The notes under the pieces are model-generated. The model had not been told where the DNA came from. It saw only the letters and a program-made list of their open reading frames with translations, and did not search any database. Of a stretch of 64,000 bases of DNA, positions 57,231-64,000 are shown one piece after another; position 1 is the first letter of the stretch, and every line of letters starts with the position of its first letter. Source of the DNA: Deltaproteobacteria bacterium (GTDB taxonomy: Bacteria; Myxococcota_A; UBA9160; SMWR01). The position numbers and the translations under genes are program-made. The DNA is taken from positions 1 to 64,000 of the forward strand of contig JAQBGU010000135.1 of NCBI GenBank assembly GCA_032128375.1, written 5' to 3'.

Positions 57231-57271
57231 AAGTGTGCGCGGCAACGGGCTGATATGGAGCCTGACCCAAG

Positions 57272-59110
57272 ATGGGTCAGGTGAGGTCATGGATCCTATT
57301 GTGGGCAAGCGGCGAACGCGAAACGAGCGGCGGGTTCAGAAGGCAGCGAAAGGCGTCGCGTCCTCGAGTGAGTCGCGCCTCGGGTTGCGCTGCTGGGTCG
57401 TTCACGCTGGCCGTGTGTATGTTTGGCTGCTCGCTGTCCGGATGCAGCGAAACGGACCGAAGTCGCTGGAGCGCCCGACTCGGCAACGACGACGACAAAG
57501 TAGCCTTCGCACAGCAGCTCGCCGATGGCCCCGACCCGGACCCGGTCGAAGCCCTGAGCTGGTTCGTGGAGGCCGCAGACAACGGTCATCGCGGCGCGAT
57601 CCTGGCATTGGCGCGTCGATCGCTCGACGGTGACGGACTCGTCAAGGACGAGGCAGCGGCAGCGCGTTGGTACCTTGAAGCGGCCGAGGCGGGTGTCATC
57701 GAAGCTCAGTTGGCGCTCGTTGCGATCTACAGCGACGGGCGCGGAGTCGATAGCGACCGGAAAGAAGCGGGCCGTTGGCTACTGCGCGCTGCCGAAGCCG
57801 GCGAAGTCGAGGCCCAGCTCGAGCTGGCCACTCGCTACCTGGCGGGCGACGGACTGCCCAAGGATGGCACCCGCGCATTCCGATGGTTCGGCGAAGTCGC
57901 GAAACAGGGCATCGTCGAAGGCGAGTTCCAGATGGGTCTTCAATACGAGCGGGGCTTCGGTGTGTTTCAGGATTTCCAGCAGGCCGCCGCGCTGTATCGC
58001 TCTGCTGCCGAGCAGGGCCACCTTCAAGCGCACAATCACCTTGCGGTGCTCACCGTCGCCGGGCGCGGCGTTCCAAAGGACGAAGCGCTGGCGTTGGAGT
58101 GGATCGCTAAAGCGGCCGAATTGGGTGATGTCCAGGCACAGCGGAATCTGGCCGTCGTCTACGCGAAGGGAATAGGCGTCGACCCCAACCCTGTGGAATC
58201 GATGCGATGGCGTCGCATGGCCGCCGAGGCCGGTAGCGCGGACGAGCAGTCGGCGCTCGCCGAGATGTTCACCTACGGCACATCGGTGCCGGTGGACGCC
58301 AGTCAGGCGACTTACTGGTACACCCGCTCGGCAGAGCAGGGAAACCTGAAGGCTCAACTGGAGGTGGTCAGGCGCTACGCGAAAGGCATCGGAACGGACC
58401 CCGATCTCGCGGCCGTCGCGAAATGGACGCGGCTAGCGGCAGAGCAAGGGCACCTCGAATCGATATTCCAGGTAGGCGTGCATCATTTAGCAGGCGAGGG
58501 AGTGCAGCGCGACACGAGCGAAGCAGCGAAATGGCTGTTGAAGGCTTCGCGGCGGGAGCACACAGGGGCCCAGGCGAGACTCGGTGCATGCTACGCAGCC
58601 GGCGAAGGTGTCCCGCGGGATGAGAAAGAGGCCGAGCATTGGCTCGGGCTCGCTGCGGAAAAGGGTCACGCACAGGCACAGCTCGACCTCGGCGAATTGC
58701 TCGTCGAGGCTACCGGAACCCGCGCTGACCCGGTTCGGGGATCCGATTGGATCTTGCGGGCGGCGGAGCAGGGGCTCGCCGAGGGCCAGCGGAAGATCGC
58801 CCTGCTGTATGTGCAGGGTATTGGAGTCCGGAAGCAACGCGGATTGGCTGCCTCTTGGTTTGGCAAGGCTGCCGAGCAGGGCGATGCGGAGGCGCAACTG
58901 GCGTTGGGGCACGCATTTGCGACCGGGGCAGGCGTAGTGAGGAATCCAGTGGTCGCCCACAAGTGGCTATCACTCAGTGCTGCGGCTGGTGACCCCCACG
59001 CCCCCAAATTGCGCGCAGAGATCGAATCGCAACTCGAACCTCGAGAAATTGACGAAGCGCGGAGCTTGGCGCAGCAATGGCGGGATGAGCATTCCCTCCC
59101 GCCCAACTGA
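57272..59110 (+). CDS. Sel1-like repeat lipoprotein (~14 repeats)
   Basis: 36-aa AQxxLxxxYxxGxGVxxDxxxAxxWxxxAAEQG repeats; lipobox LSGC suggests the true start is further downstream. Confidence 0.9.
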   Translation: MGQVRSWILLWASGERETSGGFRRQRKASRPRVSRASGCAAGSFTLAVCMFGCSLSGCSETDRSRWSARLGNDDDKVAFAQQLADGPDPDPVEALSWFVEAADNGHRGAILALARRSLDGDGLVKDEAAAARWYLEAAEAGVIEAQLALVAIYSDGRGVDSDRKEAGRWLLRAAEAGEVEAQLELATRYLAGDGLPKDGTRAFRWFGEVAKQGIVEGEFQMGLQYERGFGVFQDFQQAAALYRSAAEQGHLQAHNHLAVLTVAGRGVPKDEALALEWIAKAAELGDVQAQRNLAVVYAKGIGVDPNPVESMRWRRMAAEAGSADEQSALAEMFTYGTSVPVDASQATYWYTRSAEQGNLKAQLEVVRRYAKGIGTDPDLAAVAKWTRLAAEQGHLESIFQVGVHHLAGEGVQRDTSEAAKWLLKASRREHTGAQARLGACYAAGEGVPRDEKEAEHWLGLAAEKGHAQAQLDLGELLVEATGTRADPVRGSDWILRAAEQGLAEGQRKIALLYVQGIGVRKQRGLAASWFGKAAEQGDAEAQLALGHAFATGAGVVRNPVVAHKWLSLSAAAGDPHAPKLRAEIESQLEPREIDEARSLAQQWRDEHSLPPN

Positions 59111-59268
59111 TGGGCGACAATTCGCGCCCATCCGGCCCACCCCGGCCAGCACGGTTCGCCCCAATTGCGGCCGTCGTCGGGCCGAATGCTTTGATAGACT
59201 CTCGTATCGCCCGTATCGCCGAAAACCGCTGCCTAAGCATCGATACCTATCCGAACGAGGAGAACACG

Positions 59269-60234
59269 ATGAAGCGCTTCATCCAGCACGAAGAACTCGC
59301 GCGCGACAGCCGATTCATTCGTCAAACTAACGCCGTTGCGAGCGTACTTTCATCGATGCCCGATGACGTCGACCGCGTCGTCGAGGTCTTCGAACAACTC
59401 GATCCGATGATCGCGCAATCGGTAATCGGGACTGCGGCCGAGGCGCTCTATGATGAGTACGGACCGGCCTTCGGGTTGATCACGCTCAACGAACCGCTCG
59501 ATCCGAACCACACCGCAACACTGGGCGCGCGCATGCGGCTGGTCCTGCGCATGCACGGGATCTTTGCCGGCGAGCTTCAGGCCCTCGAAGGCGCTGGCCG
59601 ATCGCTGTGGGACTTCCCGGACGCTCCGTGGGAGTTCAAGATGAACATGGCGCGCCAGTGTTGGGACGAGGCGCGTCACGTGCAGATCTTCGAGAAGCTG
59701 TTGAACCACGTCGGTGGCGAGATCGGGATGTTCCCAGAGGCCACGTTCCTGTTCGAATGCGCATGTGCGGACGACCCCGCCCAGCGCGTCGCGGGCGTCA
59801 ATCGCGCACTCGAAGGGCTCGCCTGTGACGTCTTTCGCGACATGATCAAATACGCGACGCAGACGGATGACGAGTTGATGCGCCAATCGATCGACTACGT
59901 GCTTGCGGACGAGTTGACCCACGTACGGTTCGGCAGCGAATGGGTCAAGGAATTCACGAAGGATGACCCGGAACGCTTCAAAGCTGCACGGAATTTTCAG
60001 CGCGAGGTCGACAAGCAATTCAGCTTTGGAGGCGCCCGGTCGGCACGCGAGGACGCGGCCATTCCGATTGCCTGGGACGACCGGCTCGAAGCCGGATTCA
60101 GCGAGGAAGAACTGCAAGAGCTGGCCCAGGTTTCGGGCGGCGGTCCGTCTCGAGAAACTTTGCGCAAGGCGGCCCAAATCCTCGGCGAGCGACACCGCGC
60201 CAAGCACAATCGCACCGCGGAGGTCGCGCAATGA
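59269..60234 (+). CDS. Ferritin-like diiron protein (DUF455-like)
   Basis: GAGGAG RBS; HGIFAGELQA, WDEARH, LEGLACD, ADELTHVRFG. Confidence 0.82.
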   Translation: MKRFIQHEELARDSRFIRQTNAVASVLSSMPDDVDRVVEVFEQLDPMIAQSVIGTAAEALYDEYGPAFGLITLNEPLDPNHTATLGARMRLVLRMHGIFAGELQALEGAGRSLWDFPDAPWEFKMNMARQCWDEARHVQIFEKLLNHVGGEIGMFPEATFLFECACADDPAQRVAGVNRALEGLACDVFRDMIKYATQTDDELMRQSIDYVLADELTHVRFGSEWVKEFTKDDPERFKAARNFQREVDKQFSFGGARSAREDAAIPIAWDDRLEAGFSEEELQELAQVSGGGPSRETLRKAAQILGERHRAKHNRTAEVAQ

Positions 60235-60932
60235 GCGAAGAAAAAGGCGAAGTTCCGAAGGAAGGCCGGATGTATCCGGGCATGCGCCAGGACGAGAGGA
60301 CCGTCTTCGAACCCTATTCAGCGTTCGATATCCCGGCCGATCTCCGTGAGCTGCATGGTCGCTACGACGTCGTCGCCACCGCGCTTCGAGTGCGCAACTT
60401 CCGTTACGCAGAAGAGTGGATGATGATGATGATGGGAGGTTGGCTCGCCACGATTCCCGAGCTTCCGGCCAAGACGGGGCTCGCGAAGGTGATCTGGGAG
60501 ACCGCGCAAGCTGCGGACGCGCTCGGCAAGCGGCTCCCGGAGCTGCGCTGTGGGCGCAAGGCGGCGACCGCCTCCGAATCCGCCAACCAGGCGTTCGCCG
60601 ACTTCATAGAAGCAGTTTCCGAGCCCGAGAGTCCCGACCTCACAGTCGAGAAGCTGACCGGAATCGTCGACGTGCTCAAGCCTCACCTGATTCAAGTCTA
60701 TGAAAAGACCGCTCGCGAAACCGACCAGATCTGCGACGCGCCGACGATCGAACTGCTGGAAGACATCGTGCGCAAGACCCGGCGGCATGTGAGCTGGGGC
60801 AAGGAGGTGCTGGACCGATTGTGCGATACAGACGCGAAGCGACAGCGTCGTCAGCATCGCTCCAGCCAATTGCAAGCGCAGCTCGAGGTCTGTGGCGGAG
60901 TGACAGGCGAGTTGACAGTGGCAAGCGCCTGA
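60231..60932 (+). CDS. Ferritin-like helical protein lacking ExxH motifs
   Basis: YAEE..GGWLATIPE...WETAQAADALGKRLPELR...DAPTIELLEDI..TRRHVSWG; ATGA overlap with the preceding gene. Confidence 0.7.
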   Translation: MSEEKGEVPKEGRMYPGMRQDERTVFEPYSAFDIPADLRELHGRYDVVATALRVRNFRYAEEWMMMMMGGWLATIPELPAKTGLAKVIWETAQAADALGKRLPELRCGRKAATASESANQAFADFIEAVSEPESPDLTVEKLTGIVDVLKPHLIQVYEKTARETDQICDAPTIELLEDIVRKTRRHVSWGKEVLDRLCDTDAKRQRRQHRSSQLQAQLEVCGGVTGELTVASA

Positions 60933-61020
60933 ACGATCGGCTCACTGCCACACCCGGCCTGACGCAGGGATCGGGCTCGAGAACTGATTTCGGACTGAGG
61001 TTGATACTGAGGATGAATAG

Positions 61021-62265
61021 ATGGGTGAAGTGCTCGAGCTCTCTGAACGCGCATGGGCGGGCGAACTCGGCGCAACAGAGATTCACCCAAGCCGTGCGCT
61101 AGTCGGTCTCGAGGAGTTCGACACCGGCCTGGCATTCATGTCGGCGTTTTCGAACGTCGCGGTGATCGACACCGCGGAAGGCTTGGTGTTCATCGATACA
61201 AGCGGTCCCTTTCACGCAGCGAAGGTCCACCAATGCGTGCGAGCGTGGTCGGATCGGCCTCTGAACACCGCGATCTACACACACGGGCATGTCGACCACG
61301 TTTCGGGGCTGGGCGCATTCGAGGCGGAACTCGACGGTCCGAAAGTGCGTGTGATTGCGCACACGGCCTGCCCAGCGCGCTTCGACCGCTACCGGCTGAC
61401 CCACGGCTACAATGGCGTGGTCAACATGCGCCAGTTCGGCTTCCCAAAGCCGCTGTTTCCAAAGGAGTTTCGTTATCCGGACGAGACACTGCAGGAAAGC
61501 CGGGTGCTCGAAATCGGCGGCGAGCGTATCGAACTCTTCCACGACAAGGGCGAGACAGACGACCACCTGTGGGCCTGGCTCCCAGATCGCAAGACGCTGT
61601 ACACAGGTGACCTGTTTATCTGGGCCGCTCCCAACTGCGGCAACCCACAGAAAGTCCAGCGGTATCCCCGCGAATGGGCAATCGCGCTGCGAAAGATGCA
61701 GGCGCTGGGTGCCGAGCGGTTGTTCCCAGGCCACGGGCCGCCGATTCTGGGTGTCGACAGGGTCAACCGCGCGCTCTCAGAATCGGCCGAACTGCTCGAG
61801 ACATTGGTCGAACAAACGCTGGTGTTGATGAACGAGGGCATGCGGCTGAATGACTTGCTTCACGAAATCGAACTCCCCGAACACCTGCTCGCGCGGCCGT
61901 ACCTGCGCCCCGTCTATGACGACCCGATGTTCATCGTGCGAAACCTGTGGCGGCTGTACGGGGGCTGGTACGACGGCGATCCTCCGAGTCTGAAACCGGC
62001 GCGGGACATCGATGTCGCGCGGGCGCTCGCCGAACTGAGCGGAGGTGCCCGCACGTTGGCGAAGCGCGCCGAGCAATTCGCCGCAGAGGGCGAACTGGCG
62101 GTGGCTTGCCATCTGGTCGAGTTCGCCTGGCGAGCTGCGCCCGAGGATTCCGGCATCGCATCGATCCGAACCGTGATCTACCGATTGCGCGCAGAATCGG
62201 AGCGGAGCTTGATGGCCAAGGGGATTTTCGGCGCCGCGGCCCGCGATTCGGATCCAGCCACGTAG
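61021..62265 (+). CDS. Alkyl-sulfatase-like metallo-beta-lactamase with dimerisation domain
   Basis: YTHGHVDH, GETDDH, GDLF, PNCGNPQK, PGHG, YGGWYDGDP; no C-terminal SCP2 domain. Confidence 0.88.
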   Translation: MGEVLELSERAWAGELGATEIHPSRALVGLEEFDTGLAFMSAFSNVAVIDTAEGLVFIDTSGPFHAAKVHQCVRAWSDRPLNTAIYTHGHVDHVSGLGAFEAELDGPKVRVIAHTACPARFDRYRLTHGYNGVVNMRQFGFPKPLFPKEFRYPDETLQESRVLEIGGERIELFHDKGETDDHLWAWLPDRKTLYTGDLFIWAAPNCGNPQKVQRYPREWAIALRKMQALGAERLFPGHGPPILGVDRVNRALSESAELLETLVEQTLVLMNEGMRLNDLLHEIELPEHLLARPYLRPVYDDPMFIVRNLWRLYGGWYDGDPPSLKPARDIDVARALAELSGGARTLAKRAEQFAAEGELAVACHLVEFAWRAAPEDSGIASIRTVIYRLRAESERSLMAKGIFGAAARDSDPAT

Positions 62266-62311
62266 TCCTTGGTTTGGTCCGGAACACGAACGTGCTCGAG
62301 CGGGTGAAGAG

Positions 62312-63367
62312 GTGGGGTTGAAGCGCGCAGGTATTCTGGCAGTGATCTGCGCAGCGTTGCTTCTGACGCTAGGCCCGATTCTCGGACAGAACTTCAATCC
62401 CGTGGTCGACGGATCCATCTACCGGAGCGCACAACTGGACGCTGAGGATCTCGCGTTGCGGGCAGCCGAGTTCGGGCTCGCATCGATCGTCGCGGTACGG
62501 CCGGCGCGACCCAGCAAGGCGTGGTACACCGCCGAAAAATCCGTTGCCGACACGCTCGGACTGAAGCTGGTCAACGTGAGTCTCAGCGCAGACCGGATGC
62601 CGTCGCGCCAACGCCTGCAAACGCTGGTCGGAGCGTTGGATGCCGCGCCGCGTCCGATGCTGCTGCATTGCCGAGCAGGCGTCGAACGCAGTGGCCTCGC
62701 GGCAGCAGTCGCGCTGCTTCTGGAGGGGGAGTCGGTCGAGTCCGCCCGCGGACAATTTTCGCTTCGATACGGTTTCCATCCATGGCTGTCTCAATCGGAC
62801 CTGCCACGGGTCCTGGATCGATACGAGCAATGGCTGGAAGTTTCGGGCATCGACAGTTCGGCTGAGAATTTCCGCGGCTGGGTCGACGCTGTCTACGTCG
62901 CGGCGTTTTACAAAGCCGACCTCGAGATCGTCGATTTTGATGCCGACGCGCGGGCCGGTCAACCGATCCCGTTTTCGTTGCGGGTCACGAACCGGAGCCC
63001 AGACACGCAGCATTTTCGAGCGGCGAACGATTTCGGAGTTCACGTCTCCACGCTGATCGAGGGGATCAGCAGTCCCGATTATCGACACGAGGGGCGCTGG
63101 GGAAGGCAAGATGTCGATGTGGCTGCCGGCGCATCCCATGTTTTTGATATCGAATTAGCGGCTCTGCCCAGTGCTGGGATGTATCGATTGACCATCGATC
63201 TCGTCGACGAGAGTGTTGCGTGGTTTTCGGATATGGGGTCGACGGTTCTGGTTCGGGAATTCGAGTTGGGACCGGTTCCCGAGGTCGCCGCAGGTCCAGT
63301 GGTGATCGAGCAACAGAACGAATTCGAGGCGGAACGCGATCGGCCAGCGAGGTCGCGAACCGAGTGA
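62312..63367 (+). CDS. Exported Cys-dependent (CX5R) phosphatase with C-terminal Ig-like domain
   Basis: N-terminal TM/signal, NFNPV..IYRSAQ, HCRAGVER; C-terminal VTN...G.YRLTIDLVDE..AWF beta-sandwich. Confidence 0.82.
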   Translation: MGLKRAGILAVICAALLLTLGPILGQNFNPVVDGSIYRSAQLDAEDLALRAAEFGLASIVAVRPARPSKAWYTAEKSVADTLGLKLVNVSLSADRMPSRQRLQTLVGALDAAPRPMLLHCRAGVERSGLAAAVALLLEGESVESARGQFSLRYGFHPWLSQSDLPRVLDRYEQWLEVSGIDSSAENFRGWVDAVYVAAFYKADLEIVDFDADARAGQPIPFSLRVTNRSPDTQHFRAANDFGVHVSTLIEGISSPDYRHEGRWGRQDVDVAAGASHVFDIELAALPSAGMYRLTIDLVDESVAWFSDMGSTVLVREFELGPVPEVAAGPVVIEQQNEFEAERDRPARSRTE

Positions 63368-63376
63368 AGACTCTGG

Positions 63377-64000
63377 TCACGCCCGTCTGTCGGCGCGCTG
63401 TAGCGCGCCGCGCAGGAAGCCCCGTTCGCGATTCAGCAGCTCTACGAGGCGCAATTGTGCGCGGAAGCGATCGAGGTTTTGGTTGGGGCGCTGGATCTTG
63501 AAGTAGACGTCGCCCTCCAGGTGGTCCGTCAGGAAGCGCGCGCCGTTTTCGAACGCCATCACGGACCCCGCGAGAGGCAGCACTTCGAGCTCCGCAGGCG
63601 TGAGGAGCGACTGCGCGCCCACGCGGTAACCGAGCGCTATCGCCTCCAGTAAATCGGATTCGATCGCCATCGTTTCGGTGCGAGTCTCGTCTTCGGGAGA
63701 TCGACAGGCCGTAGTCCGGACCAGCTCACCGAAGTCGGAAAGGACCGTCCCGGTCATCACGGTGTCCAAGTCGATCACACACATTGCCTCGCCGGTTTGT
63801 TCATCCAACAGCACATTGTTGATTTTGCAGTCGTTGTGGACGATTCGCTCCGGCAGTTCGGAGTGACCGGAGACAGACAACTCGGCTGAAAGCGACTCAT
63901 AGGCAGCAGCCGTATGTTCGATTTCCCGGCCGAGAGAACGGGCACGCCCGTGCGAATCTGCGCCGACTGCCGCCTGCAAAGTGGCATAGCGGTGTGGCAG
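63377..64000 (-). CDS. Aminoglycoside-phosphotransferase / N-acetylhexosamine kinase family, partial (5' end outside the window)
   Basis: HNDCKINNVL, IDLDTVM, DFGE, RFLTDHLEGDVYFK; frame open to position 64000. Confidence 0.88.
   Translation of the reverse strand: MPHRYATLQAAVGADSHGRARSLGREIEHTAAAYESLSAELSVSGHSELPERIVHNDCKINNVLLDEQTGEAMCVIDLDTVMTGTVLSDFGELVRTTACRSPEDETRTETMAIESDLLEAIALGYRVGAQSLLTPAELEVLPLAGSVMAFENGARFLTDHLEGDVYFKIQRPNQNLDRFRAQLRLVELLNRERGFLRGALQRADRRA

Noticed and set aside
60420..60434. ATG x5 (poly-Met) as a phase-variation tract
   Set aside because: A trinucleotide repeat keeps the frame, and it lies in a hydrophobic helix; no switch is implied.

Overview
GC-rich (roughly 60-65% by eye) bacterial chromosomal window with about 55 CDSs. 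The gene content suggests a deltaproteobacteria-like or Myxococcota-like lineage, but this is inference only. The first ~8 kb holds several decayed remnants: an IS1380-like end, a serine-resolvase fragment and an MFS deletion. The rest mixes housekeeping genes (scpA-scpB-rluB, miaE, csp, FKBP, SRAP, HelD-like), lipid/steroid-type catabolism (paired acyl-CoA dehydrogenases, acyl-CoA ligase, CYP142-like P450, F420-type PPOX protein, amidohydrolases) and a dense set of envelope-glycosylation genes (five GT-C-type membrane proteins, GT2, DUF368, OafA-like acyltransferase, methyltransferases). Two elements are invisible in the ORF track. (1) An intact selenocysteine glutathione peroxidase (6975-7448, minus strand) has TGA exactly at the catalytic residue and an fdhF-like SECIS hairpin. 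(2) A GEMM-I riboswitch (45410-45506) carries the A20 signature associated with 3',3'-cGAMP sensing, and its P1 stem would sequester the Shine-Dalgarno of a lytic transglycosylase. Other candidates for undescribed systems are an archaeal-type AglB/STT3 with WWDYG replaced by PWPIG, divergent from a YxDPGxGS small membrane protein coupled to a kinase-methyltransferase (NoeA-like), and a coupled pair of ferritin-like proteins (one with diiron ligands, one without) followed by an alkylsulfatase-like MBL. Many intergenic spacers carry short 7-13 bp tandem duplications. No rRNA, tRNA or CRISPR array was found. All family calls come from motif recognition by eye, not from database searches.
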